Position numbers and translations under genes: made by a program. Positions 8,915 through 18,081 of a DNA stretch of 64,000 nt are shown here, piece by piece. Where the stretch lies: the NCBI GenBank assembly GCA_038243585.1, contig JBBSQY010000006.1, forward strand, positions 1 through 64,000, read 5' to 3'. How positions within the stretch are numbered: position 1 is the first letter of the stretch; each line of letters begins with the position of its first letter. The stretch comes from Candidatus Sumerlaeales bacterium. GTDB lineage: Bacteria; Sumerlaeota; Sumerlaeia; Sumerlaeales; Sumerlaeaceae. Below the pieces are notes generated by a model that worked only from the letters and a program-made list of their open reading frames with translations, made no database searches and was not told the origin of the DNA.

Positions 8915-9745
8915 CTAAAGCAAGCCAGCAATCATTTGGCTACTGTTAGGACGACGAAGTTTACGAATTGCAGTCCGTTCTACTCGCCGGACACCTTCCT
9001 GGCTCATACCTACCAACTTGCTTGTGCTACGTAGGCTGAGGCTTTGTCCGTTATCAAAGCCAAAGCGAAGCCGTAAAACCTTCTGCTCCTTATCGCTAAG
9101 TGTAGATAAAGCTTTTTCTACTTGGTCAGCCTGTTCAACCTCGATGCTGTGAGATAACGCGTTGGTTGAGGAAGTATCGGGCAACCGGTTCAGAAGTTGG
9201 GTGCCCTCATTGTCGGAGTCCATATCGAGAGATAATACAGACTCTCTCATGGCCATTAACTGTTCAAGTTTATCTATCTTCATTTCAAGAATGAATGACA
9301 GCTCCTCCAATGATGGAGCACGACCATGGCTTGCGGTGAAATTATTTATGGTTTCGTTTAAGTGACCCATGAATCTGGATTTACGAATTGGTAAACGAAT
9401 CACGTTGCCATGCTTACGAACAGACATTTGGATAGACTGGCGAATCCAGAACGCGGCATAGGTCGAGAAACGAAATCCTTTGGTGTAATCAAACTTTTCT
9501 ACGACTTCCAGTAGTCCAATATTGCCCTCCTGAATAAGATCAGCTAGGGGAACTCCACGTCCAGTAAACTGTAGGGCTATTTTAATTACGAACCTTAGAT
9601 TTGCTTCAACAATCTCATGCCGTGCAGTGGTGTCACCGCTGGCCAGGCGTTTAAAGAGATTCAGTTCCTCCTGCCGGGTGAGAACCTGTTTTCTTGCTAC
9701 CTCTTTTAGGTAGATTTTCATGTCTTCATTTAGGCTGGATTTCAT
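8915..9745 (-). CDS. Alternative sigma-70 factor, RpoD/RpoS-like without region 1.1
   Basis: ANLRFVIKIA, DLIQEGNIGL, KFDYTKGFRFSTYAAFWIRQSI, C-terminal region 4 HTH. Start moved to ATG 9745 behind GGAGG. Confidence 0.9.
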   Translation of the reverse strand: MKSSLNEDMKIYLKEVARKQVLTRQEELNLFKRLASGDTTARHEIVEANLRFVIKIALQFTGRGVPLADLIQEGNIGLLEVVEKFDYTKGFRFSTYAAFWIRQSIQMSVRKHGNVIRLPIRKSRFMGHLNETINNFTASHGRAPSLEELSFILEMKIDKLEQLMAMRESVLSLDMDSDNEGTQLLNRLPDTSSTNALSHSIEVEQADQVEKALSTLSDKEQKVLRLRFGFDNGQSLSLRSTSKLVGMSQEGVRRVERTAIRKLRRPNSSQMIAGLL

Positions 9746-9785
9746 TTCAACGCCTCCCATAACGATAACTTATGAGACATAGCAT

Positions 9786-9802
9786 TGCAATTGGCGAGCC
9801 TG
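9786..9802 (-). promoter_or_regulatory. Putative sigma-54 (-24/-12) promoter of the sigma factor gene
   Basis: Minus strand CAGGCTCGCCAATTGCA = GG-N10-GC with TTGCA; predicted start about 30 nt before the ATG. Confidence 0.55.
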
Positions 9803-9859
9803 TTAGGTTAAGGTGCTAAACACTTTAGTCTCAGGTCTCTAGGTTTAAACGTTTCAGGA

Positions 9860-9925
9860 TGTGCAATTTGTCGCACAACAAAGGTGAGAGGTTTGTCGCA
9901 CATATAGGGTGAATTATCTCTCACA
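9860..9925. promoter_or_regulatory. Three related 16-bp sites, candidate enhancer (UAS) elements
   Basis: GTGCAATTTGTCGCAC (9861-9876), GAGAGGTTTGTCGCAC (9886-9901), GTGAATTATCTCTCAC (9909-9924); TTTGTCGCACA repeated exactly at 9867 and 9892. Confidence 0.5.
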
Positions 9926-9968
9926 GGTAAACCTGGAATTAAGTATCTAACATAAAAGCGAGGATGTC

Positions 9969-11282
9969 TCACTTTTGTTGGGTCGCGATCAACAAGTCAG
10001 GAAATTCGTTGAAAACACGACTAAAAAGTGTCAGATGTGCGCTATCCTCTTCTTTAGAAAACCCTCTGGGTTCAAGCACATAAAGAATCGTTTCCCTGTT
10101 TGCTTCAGCTGAAATAGGCACAATCACTGCATGCGGGTTAGATTTGTCATCTAGTGAAGGTGGAAGCACGGTTACTGAGCGGCTGGCGACTGCTTTTTGC
10201 AAGCTATCCGTCTCGCAAGCAATAAATCCCTTTTGAGAAGCATCCATGCACAATGAATCTCCAGAGTTGGCTTGGAGAGAAAAATCAGCGCTATTATAGA
10301 TGCGAACTATTAAGCAAACGGATTGTGCAGAGAAAAATCGTGAGATTTTATCTAAGACCAATTCAGCGTTCGTAACCCGCCGCTGATCTGAAGCGCCGAT
10401 GAGCCCTTTGTAAATCTGCGCCAGTACATAAGCAGCCTCTTCGGCACGTTTTGACGTGGAAGCTGTCACTTGGCTTACAGATACATTTTTAGATTCGGTT
10501 TCTAAATCAGAAGCATCTATGCCATTGCCAAAAATTTCTGCTGAGCCCGACTGGGTAGGCACATCGTGCGGTTTAGATACGCCCTGTTCGTCAAATATAA
10601 AATCTTCGTTGTCTGCAGGTGCGTTTGAAAAAGAATCAAGCGCCTCCGGCTGTGCCATAGTGCCGAACTGTCCATAATAATGGTTATATGCCTCTATAAA
10701 TGGCTGGCGACAGACCGCGGCAATTTCTGGAGACACTTTAGTCATTAACGTGTCTCGAATTAAAGGCATCCAGTGGAGGAGGCGGTTGCCTTCCATATTC
10801 AGCTTAATGGGTGTCGAGATAATCAAATGGTGAACATGAGATGCGAACAAGGCTGAAATCACCCGAATAATGGAACTTAGGCTTAAAGTGCGGTTTTCCA
10901 AATCTGATGGGCGTTCCTTCTCAGAATCGTCAATTAGCCGATACCCGGCTTCCTTAAGGACCCTTGCCACACGGCGCGTGAGTTCCTCAGGAGGAATTAT
11001 TTCCACCGCCGCCAAAGTTTTTTGCGCCTTATCCAGTCGCAAAAGGTCGACGCCGAAGCCGTTCCTGTCAAAAAAGTTACGGATGACGGTTTCTTCTTCT
11101 GCGTCTAGATGATCTGCAGTACCAAAAACCATAAGTGTAGCGTCAGCCATTTCACGCAGTTCCGCAAAAAATAATCCCTGCTCAACGACATACTTGCCTT
11201 CACGTTCTGCAACCGCAAGTTCAGATTGTAGATCACGGATTTTGCGGCGTAATTTCCAGGATTTCTTGTCAAACCATCCCAT
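9969..11282 (-). CDS. Hypothetical protein; possible TerB-like N-terminal segment, acidic linker, GAF-like C-terminus
   Basis: 437-aa ORF with GGAG RBS; weak motif resemblance only. Confidence 0.5.
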   Translation of the reverse strand: MGWFDKKSWKLRRKIRDLQSELAVAEREGKYVVEQGLFFAELREMADATLMVFGTADHLDAEEETVIRNFFDRNGFGVDLLRLDKAQKTLAAVEIIPPEELTRRVARVLKEAGYRLIDDSEKERPSDLENRTLSLSSIIRVISALFASHVHHLIISTPIKLNMEGNRLLHWMPLIRDTLMTKVSPEIAAVCRQPFIEAYNHYYGQFGTMAQPEALDSFSNAPADNEDFIFDEQGVSKPHDVPTQSGSAEIFGNGIDASDLETESKNVSVSQVTASTSKRAEEAAYVLAQIYKGLIGASDQRRVTNAELVLDKISRFFSAQSVCLIVRIYNSADFSLQANSGDSLCMDASQKGFIACETDSLQKAVASRSVTVLPPSLDDKSNPHAVIVPISAEANRETILYVLEPRGFSKEEDSAHLTLFSRVFNEFPDLLIATQQK

Positions 11283-11442
11283 TTATCATCGGCTCCAGTT
11301 AAGTGGTACTTCGTTTAGTTAATTTTGTCTGACCGGATGTAAAAGTATATCTATCCGGCGCGATCAAGTATTTCCTTCATTTTATACGCTCGTTGTGAAA
11401 AAATAGCTGTTCGAAGCATATAACATTCTCATTGACCGGGCA

Positions 11443-12570
11443 TTGCCCGGAGCTGGATTAATGCTGCTAATGAATTTAGGTTTGAAAAGCTGGATGAGCC
11501 GAAAAGTTTTTGCTGAGCAGCATAATTTTGAATCGATAAGCGGACACCAAGTTGTAAAAAGCTATCTGGACAGAGCTTTGGATAGCGAACGCTTGCCCCA
11601 TGCCTTGCTGTTTCATGGCCCGGGCGGGCTAGGTAAGCTATCAATGGCTTACGCACTTATCAAGCGCATAAGTTGTCTATTGGATGCTCCCGCAGGGTGC
11701 GTATGCAATATGTGTCGAAAGATCAGCGAAGGTAAGTTTGCTGATGTGATGTTGGTTGAACCGCGCGGCGCAACGGGAACAATAACTCTAAACGGCTGGC
11801 GTCCTGGTAAGGATGATCCGGAAAATTTGCAGTATTATCGATTCGTGGAAACGCGGCCATTGGAAGGCAGCCGGAAGGTCTTGATCCTGCGTCACGCGGA
11901 GCGTATGAATACAGCCTTGGCAAATTATATTTTGAAGTTGATGGAGGAACCGCCACCGTTTCTGACCCTCATCCTTGTTAGTAACCGTAAAAGTGAACTT
12001 CTGCCGACAATAAGATCAAGGTGTGCTTCAGTAAAATTCAATCCTCTCTCGCTTATCGAAATGAACTCTTTCGTAGAAAAGCGAGAATTAAATTCGACAG
12101 CACTGGATGTCGCGTCTGCAATACGTCAAAGCGAAGGGCGACCAGGCCAGCTTGATGAAAAACTCGCAAGTTCTGCGGAAGAAGATCAGCGTGATTTGGC
12201 GTCGGCGATGCTTAGCTTTAATAAATTAGGTTTCGTATCCCTATTTCGAGTGGCATCGGATCTTATCGCTCTAGGTGAAAATACCGGTGCTGACGCAGGT
12301 TCTAAATTTGAATTAAGCCTCCAAAAGATGTCCACCTGGTTCCGCGATGCGCTCTTGGTAAAGCTCAATGCAGACGACAATGGGCGTTTATTAGAATTTC
12401 CTGCGTTGAGAAATGACTTGCGGGACTTTGGTTCTGGTATGAGCAGTGAAAGTCTAATAAACGCTACGGAAGTTATCGGCCGATACCAATGCTTTACCCG
12501 GCGGCAAACCGATAAAAATTATGCGCTTGAGTGTTTACTGATGGAAGTCGGACGTACAATTCGTAGTTAA
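11443..12570 (+). CDS. holB: DNA polymerase III subunit delta-prime
   Basis: RLPHALLFHGPGGLGK, Cys-rich zinc module (CVCNMC), AERMN..LANYILKLMEEPP, LLPTIRSRC. True start may be ATG 11494. Confidence 0.9.
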   Translation: MPGAGLMLLMNLGLKSWMSRKVFAEQHNFESISGHQVVKSYLDRALDSERLPHALLFHGPGGLGKLSMAYALIKRISCLLDAPAGCVCNMCRKISEGKFADVMLVEPRGATGTITLNGWRPGKDDPENLQYYRFVETRPLEGSRKVLILRHAERMNTALANYILKLMEEPPPFLTLILVSNRKSELLPTIRSRCASVKFNPLSLIEMNSFVEKRELNSTALDVASAIRQSEGRPGQLDEKLASSAEEDQRDLASAMLSFNKLGFVSLFRVASDLIALGENTGADAGSKFELSLQKMSTWFRDALLVKLNADDNGRLLEFPALRNDLRDFGSGMSSESLINATEVIGRYQCFTRRQTDKNYALECLLMEVGRTIRS

Positions 12571-12607
12571 AATTCTTAACAATGTTGTTTCGTGAAAAGG
12601 TTGATTT

Positions 12608-13129
12608 ATGAAGTTTGAAGATATTCCCGCCGGCCCAACTGTGCCTGATGTTGTAAACTGCGTAGTCGAAGTTCCAAAAGGCGGCAGTAATAAATTTGAG
12701 TATGACGAACGGTATGAAACCTTTGTGCTCGACCGCGTGCTTCACAGTCCCTTATTTTATCCGTGTGATTACGGATTTATCCCCCAAACTCGATCAGACG
12801 ACGGAGATCATCTTGACGTCCTAATTATCGTGACAATTCCTAGCTTTCCAGGTGCTGTCATACCTGCGCGCCCGGTTGGGATGTTGCGGATGGAGGATGA
12901 TAAGGGTCAGGATTTTAAAATACTCGCAGTTCCTGTAGGAGATCCTCGTTTTAAAGAAGTGCAAAACCTGGCTGATCTGGGAGAACATATCCCGAAGGAA
13001 ATCCAGCATTTCTTTGAAATATATAAAACCTTGGAAAAAAAGATGGTTAATGTAATTGGTTGGAGCGATAGGGAAGATGCAAACGCCGAAGTTTTGCGTT
13101 GTATTGAAAAGTTTAAAAAAATTAGTTGA
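12608..13129 (+). CDS. ppa: Inorganic pyrophosphatase (family I)
   Basis: EVPKGGSNKFEYD, YPCDYGFIPQT, DGDHLDVL, IQHFFEIYK. Confidence 0.97.
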   Translation: MKFEDIPAGPTVPDVVNCVVEVPKGGSNKFEYDERYETFVLDRVLHSPLFYPCDYGFIPQTRSDDGDHLDVLIIVTIPSFPGAVIPARPVGMLRMEDDKGQDFKILAVPVGDPRFKEVQNLADLGEHIPKEIQHFFEIYKTLEKKMVNVIGWSDREDANAEVLRCIEKFKKIS

Positions 13130-13184
13130 GATAGCCACACTAGGAAATATGATATTGGTCGCTGATTAAAGAGGAGATCGCTGA

Positions 13185-14132
13185 ATGTTAAAACAAGTTT
13201 TCGCTGCAATTGCCATTTGTAGCGTCTTTGCAAGCGCTGCATATGCACAGTCTAATGTTGTGACGTTCACACAGCAGGATCTTGCCGGCCTGATGGCGTC
13301 GGCATGTGGACCACAGGGCGTGCCGGCGAAAGATGTACACTTGCATCGGAATGCAGCTGGAAATATGCTTTATATTGTAGCGGAGGGTCTGTTTGAAGCC
13401 CTGATTTATCCTCAACAGCAAATGTGTAATCCATTGGCTAAAGAGACACTGAATTTGTGGCGGAATGCCAGTGACGGAGCGGTTATTTCTCAATTAGTTA
13501 AGCGTTACGATGGAGAGCGGCTACTGATGCAGGGCAGCACGGATGGGATTAACGGACAACACTTTGATATATCGTCTGGTGGCCAGTATTTTGTAGTATC
13601 CCACGGTGACGTCAGCAGCGTTAGTCCGGTGGATCGTCCTTATATGAGAACGGTGGAACTGCAAATGGATGCCCGCAGAATCTTTCAGCGGGAGGGTGGC
13701 CTGCTGGTAGTAGGCAGCAACAAGACTAGCAATAAACTTGAAGCAGTCCCAGTATCACTGGAATCCGGTACAGCAGTTGCCGGAACTCCTATTGCCGTGC
13801 CGGGTGTGCCGGCTGGGGTTATGGTTCTCGACTATAACGCTAAATCGGATGAACTGTTATTAGGAGGGTTAGGGGCCGGGGGAGTGACTTCTTTTGCGGT
13901 GGCGAATTTATCCACAGGGCAGGCCAATCTGGTGGCCGATGCAAAGCCGGGTGCGGAAACCGCATTGTTTATTGCTGATGCTTTCCTTTACACTAAACTA
14001 TCCGGCAAGCCGGCACCAGCAGGCATGGGTACTGCGCCGGTTACTCCTGGTGCTCCTGCACCTTCAGCTACTCCCGCGCCGGCAAAAAAACGCATGGGAC
14101 TCAATCCTCTAGGCTGGTTTGGACGCAACTGA
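13185..14132 (+). CDS. Secreted hypothetical protein (beta-rich, Pro/Ala C-terminal linker)
   Basis: GAGGAG RBS; signal peptide ending ASAAYA-Q. Confidence 0.6.
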   Translation: MLKQVFAAIAICSVFASAAYAQSNVVTFTQQDLAGLMASACGPQGVPAKDVHLHRNAAGNMLYIVAEGLFEALIYPQQQMCNPLAKETLNLWRNASDGAVISQLVKRYDGERLLMQGSTDGINGQHFDISSGGQYFVVSHGDVSSVSPVDRPYMRTVELQMDARRIFQREGGLLVVGSNKTSNKLEAVPVSLESGTAVAGTPIAVPGVPAGVMVLDYNAKSDELLLGGLGAGGVTSFAVANLSTGQANLVADAKPGAETALFIADAFLYTKLSGKPAPAGMGTAPVTPGAPAPSATPAPAKKRMGLNPLGWFGRN

Positions 14133-14162
14133 TCCAAACACTAGGCTGAGTCGTATTTTAAA

Positions 14163-14780
14163 ATGTCACGTCGGATGATTGTTCTATTAATTGCGGTAGC
14201 CATTTTGGCTATTGGATTGTCCCTACGCTCCCGCTTCTGGTACCCCATCAAAAACGAAATGGCCGCAGGGGGTGTGGTAGTTGCTTTGGGAGACAGCCTG
14301 ACGTATGGCACTGGAGCTCAGCTGGGAGAGGACTGGCCGTCAGTCGTTAGCCGGCGGTGTAGTTGTACGATCATTAACAAAGGGGTTCCGGGAGACACGA
14401 CTGCGGACGCCTATGCGCGCTTAGAGGCGGACGTATTGGCATTAAACCCCAATATGGTTATCGTCGGTTTGGGCGGCAATGATATCCTGCAGCAGCATCC
14501 TCGGGAACAGATGTTTAAGAATCTTCGACAGGTTGTTGATGAGGTCCAGAAATCTGGAGCCATGGTCGTCATTCTTGGACTTAATGGATTTCCGCTTGGT
14601 GGAAATCTTACCTCTGGGTACTCAGACCTCGCTAAGCAAACCGGCAGCGTATACGTTCCAAATATCTTAGGTGGCATTTTTACGGATTCTCGATTGAAAT
14701 CAGATCAGTTTCATCCGAATGCCGCCGGATATGAACTAATGGCGGAAAAGATTTACGGCGAAATTGAATCTTACTTGTGA
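14163..14780 (+). CDS. SGNH/GDSL arylesterase (TesA-like)
   Basis: GDSLTYG, NKGVPGDTT, GGND, DQFHPNAAGY. Confidence 0.9.
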   Translation: MSRRMIVLLIAVAILAIGLSLRSRFWYPIKNEMAAGGVVVALGDSLTYGTGAQLGEDWPSVVSRRCSCTIINKGVPGDTTADAYARLEADVLALNPNMVIVGLGGNDILQQHPREQMFKNLRQVVDEVQKSGAMVVILGLNGFPLGGNLTSGYSDLAKQTGSVYVPNILGGIFTDSRLKSDQFHPNAAGYELMAEKIYGEIESYL

Positions 14781-16075
14781 GGCGTCAGGTTTCGGTCGAT
14801 GATCGGGTTACTAATAAACGCATTCCTATACTAAATATCTGTCTTATCACGCGCGCTTTGCCAGTGCATCGACTTGGTGGCCTAGAAAATCATGTGAGAG
14901 ATCTGTGCGTTGCCCTCGCTCAACGAGGACACATGGTTCATCTTATTACAACGCAGGGTGGCAATAACGACTTGTTAAGCGACCATTCTGGCGTAACCAT
15001 CTACGAAATTCCAAACAGTACGCCTGGAAACTATTCTATAGCGTTTTTTCTTAAGCTCAATGAAATCGTCAGAACCATTGCGCTCGATAAAAATGTTGAC
15101 GTCATCTGTCCGGTCGATTTGGCCGGACTTTTTATTCCACCCTCCGCCTTTCAAGGAGTAGTAGTACCCATTATCCACGGGACAATGACTAGCGAAGTAG
15201 AGTTGGACTGGCGCTTTTGGCAGCATATACGAATGATGGATAAGATTAGGGCATGCTGGAGCCATAAAAAACGCTTCTTGCTACTCGCGCCATTTCAAAT
15301 GATGTTAAATCGCATGGAGGCCGTAATTGTCGATAGCCATTTTACCAGGCGCGAACTAATGCTGTCTAACCTTGCACTAAAACAGGAAGAATCTCGTGGC
15401 GTAAAGACCGGTGTTTGGGCACAAGGATTAAAAGCTCTTGTCATGTCGCAAAAGATTTATGTAGTTCCACTTGGTATTGACTCGAATCGATATCCAGCCC
15501 CATTAAGCCTCGCGGCAGCTGAGTCTAAGTCTAATCCGTTTAAACTCTGTATGCTTGGTCGTCTGCAAAAGTTAAAGGGTGTTGAACAAGCTATCAAAAC
15601 GGCTTTTGCACTAGAAAGGCGCGGCGTTCATTTTATCTTAACAATAGGTGGCACCGGAAGTTACGCTAATGAGGCAAAGGGACTTGTTAGCCGTCTAGGA
15701 CTCAAAGCTCAGGTGGTCTTTTCGGGAAAGATTGAGCCTGCTGAGCTGGGTGATTTTTTTTCAGGTCAGCACGTATTTCTTTTTCCTGATCTGAGCCAGC
15801 CAGCCTTCGGTTTGGTTGCTGTGGAGGCTATGCAATATTGCCTGCCGGTAATCGCGGCAAAAGTTGGGGCAGTCTCTGAAGTAGTAGAAGATTGCGGATG
15901 GTATTACAACGGATGGGACACGGACGAGCTGGTGGAATTAATTGCTTACCTATCTGACAATCCGAAGGAAGTCGCGGATAAATCAGTCAGGGCGAGTGCA
16001 CGATGTGCGATATTTACAGCAGCTAAAATGGCTGAGCGCACTGAAAATGTACTCTTGCAAATACTGAACCGATAA
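14777..16075 (+). CDS. Glycosyltransferase family 4
   Basis: GGLENHV, VPLGID, LGRLQKLKGV, FGLVAVEAM..LPVIA..VG. Confidence 0.85.
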   Translation: MRRQVSVDDRVTNKRIPILNICLITRALPVHRLGGLENHVRDLCVALAQRGHMVHLITTQGGNNDLLSDHSGVTIYEIPNSTPGNYSIAFFLKLNEIVRTIALDKNVDVICPVDLAGLFIPPSAFQGVVVPIIHGTMTSEVELDWRFWQHIRMMDKIRACWSHKKRFLLLAPFQMMLNRMEAVIVDSHFTRRELMLSNLALKQEESRGVKTGVWAQGLKALVMSQKIYVVPLGIDSNRYPAPLSLAAAESKSNPFKLCMLGRLQKLKGVEQAIKTAFALERRGVHFILTIGGTGSYANEAKGLVSRLGLKAQVVFSGKIEPAELGDFFSGQHVFLFPDLSQPAFGLVAVEAMQYCLPVIAAKVGAVSEVVEDCGWYYNGWDTDELVELIAYLSDNPKEVADKSVRASARCAIFTAAKMAERTENVLLQILNR

Positions 16076-16082
16076 CAAAAAA

Positions 16083-16159
<77 letters not shown>

Positions 16160-16277
16160 GCTCGGGTCGGAAACATATATGATCTGCTTCCCGATACATT
16201 CTCAGAAGTTGTTTTTTTTCAGTGTTTTTTTGAGAAAAAAAAACACATTTAAAAAGACTTAACCAAGAACAAAAAAA

Positions 16278-16353
16278 TGGTGGGTGAAGAGGGGATCGAA
16301 CCCCCGACATCCAGCTTGTAAGGCTGGCGCTCTCCCAGCTGAGCTATTCACCC
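16278..16353 (-). tRNA. tRNA-Val (TAC)
   Basis: Reverse complement GGGTGAATAGCTCAGCTGGGAGAGCGCCAGCCTTACAAGCTGGATGTCGGGGGTTCGATCCCCTCTTCACCCACCA. Confidence 0.97.
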
Positions 16354-16391
16354 ATCCGTTATTGCGAACTACTATTGCAACAGTTGGCTTA

Positions 16392-16434
16392 CAAAAATTC
16401 AATGGGCTTTGCTGAAAAAAATCAGCAAAGCCCA
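16392..16434 (-). terminator. Hairpin/terminator after rpsR
   Basis: Perfect 13-bp inverted repeat TGGGCTTTGCTGA / TCAGCAAAGCCCA, followed on the minus strand by TTGAATTTTTG. Confidence 0.7.
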
Positions 16435-16464
16435 CCGGCCATTTTAAAAAGTTAAAAGGAGTGC

Positions 16465-16872
16465 TTAATCGGTCTTAAATGGAACAAGAGCAACGACGCG
16501 GGCGCGCTTAATTGCGTTGGTAAGCATACGCTGGTGAGTCGCACAGTTTCCAGTAATACGACGAGGAAGTATTTTACCACGATCGGTCATGAACTTGCGG
16601 ATTCGCTTTGTATCCTTGTAGTCGATGAAGTCCATTTTGTCCGCGCAAAATTGACATACTTTTCTGCGAGTGAAGCGACGCCCACCGGCACCACCAGGCG
16701 GACGGCGTGACTGACCTTCATAGGCAGGCCGAACATATGGTGCGGGTGCTGCTGGAACGTATGGAGCAGGTGCGTCCGGCGCCGATGCAACAGGGCTATC
16801 CGAAGTTGCCGGGGTAGGTTCGGCCATGGCTGGAGAATTATTTTGTTCCGGCTGGTCGTTTGTTTCGCTCAT
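16465..16872 (-). CDS. rpsR: 30S ribosomal protein S18 (zinc-ligand type, long N-terminal extension)
   Basis: [37 protein letters not shown]. Confidence 0.97.
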   Translation of the reverse strand: MSETNDQPEQNNSPAMAEPTPATSDSPVASAPDAPAPYVPAAPAPYVRPAYEGQSRRPPGGAGGRRFTRRKVCQFCADKMDFIDYKDTKRIRKFMTDRGKILPRRITGNCATHQRMLTNAIKRARVVALVPFKTD

Positions 16873-16991
16873 TGGCTTATTAATCTCCTCAATGGACCAG
16901 TCTGGTAGTAATTATTACTAGACTGGGGGACGCTGTTTTCCGGAAATTCTAATTTTTTCCGACAGTGTCCCTGGGTATCGATGTTAAACTA

Positions 16992-17498
16992 TTAAAAAGG
17001 TACGTCATCACTTACGTTGGAATTGCCCTCAAAGTGAAGCGCATCCGACGGTGATGATTGTCGCTGTTGCTGCGCAGGAGCGGAGAATGACTGTGGAGTC
17101 GACGGTTGCGAAGCCTGGTAAGAATCGGAATCATCATGTTCCGCACTACCTGAACCTTGTCCGCGCTGCGGTACATCAAAGGATTTGACAAGATCGGCAG
17201 TCACGCGAATTTTAGAATGCTTTACTCCATCGCGTTCCCATGATTCCTGTTTAAGGCGACCTTCAACGTAGACCGGCTGCCCTTTACGGCCTGTTTCCGC
17301 TAGCCGTTCGGCGACTTTACCCCAAGCTTCAACATCGATATATGAGACCTCCTCGCGCCACTCGCCACTGTTCTTATCTTTATACGGTCGGTTAACCGCA
17401 ACTGAGATATTCGTGACAGCCATGCCGCTTTGGAGATATTTCGTTTCCGGATCACGAGTAAGTCGACCTGTAATCATAACCCGATTGATGTTTAACAT
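16992..17498 (-). CDS. ssb: Single-stranded DNA-binding protein
   Basis: NRVMITGRLTRDPE, VYVEGRL, acidic tail DDVPF. Confidence 0.97.
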   Translation of the reverse strand: MLNINRVMITGRLTRDPETKYLQSGMAVTNISVAVNRPYKDKNSGEWREEVSYIDVEAWGKVAERLAETGRKGQPVYVEGRLKQESWERDGVKHSKIRVTADLVKSFDVPQRGQGSGSAEHDDSDSYQASQPSTPQSFSAPAQQQRQSSPSDALHFEGNSNVSDDVPF

Positions 17499-17521
17499 GA
17501 AGGTAATTTCCCTTTCGTTAC

Positions 17522-17929
17522 TTATCGCTGCGTTGTTGGAGGCTGCTGCCCAGCCTGGCCTGCTGAAATGGTTTCAGCTTGTTGACGCCCTGCTTCTGCG
17601 TCAACGGGCTTAGGCTTTCTGCGCTTAATGAACTTCGGCGCAGGAATACGGGTTACCATAATACGCATGACCTTTTCGTCAAGACGTAAAACGCGCTCCA
17701 TTTCAGCAATAGCGGGACCCTCAGGGGTTCCGTCAAAACTGATAAGGGCGTAATAACCTTCCAGCTTTTTGTAGATGGGGTAAGCAAGTCGACGTTTGCC
17801 CCAAGGATCAACCTTGGTAATGTTGCCACCTGCTTTTTTGATCTGCTCCTGTGCATTATCTACCAGGGATTGATGTTCAGTATCCTCTAAAAAAGGATCA
17901 ACTATCATCATCATTTCGTACTCTGCCAT
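17522..17929 (-). CDS. rpsF: 30S ribosomal protein S6
   Basis: YEMMMIVDP, WGKRRLAYPI.K..EGYY; rpsF-ssb-rpsR order. Confidence 0.97.
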   Translation of the reverse strand: MAEYEMMMIVDPFLEDTEHQSLVDNAQEQIKKAGGNITKVDPWGKRRLAYPIYKKLEGYYALISFDGTPEGPAIAEMERVLRLDEKVMRIMVTRIPAPKFIKRRKPKPVDAEAGRQQAETISAGQAGQQPPTTQR

Positions 17930-18000
17930 CTTTGTTTCACCTCCTTTTGGTCAATGGCCGATGAAAGTCTGATAAATCAGATTCACCGGCAAGGGCGGGT
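17930..18000 (-). promoter_or_regulatory. Putative S6:S18 autoregulatory mRNA leader
   Basis: Minus strand CCGCCCTT-GCCGGTGAA-TCTGAT..ATCAGA-..TTCATCGGC-CATTGACCAAAAGGAGG; nested stems; the 5' CCCTT can pair with the SD region. Confidence 0.55.
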
Positions 18001-18081
18001 CACCCATTTGGATGCCCGCAAATTAATCGGTATCAGTACCGGACTAAGGCCGTCACTATTCGCATTCTAATAGCTAGAGTA

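Noticed and set aside
16160..16277. A/T homopolymer-rich spacer between tRNAs as a possible integration scar
   Set aside because: No integrase and no duplicated tRNA 3' end in the window.
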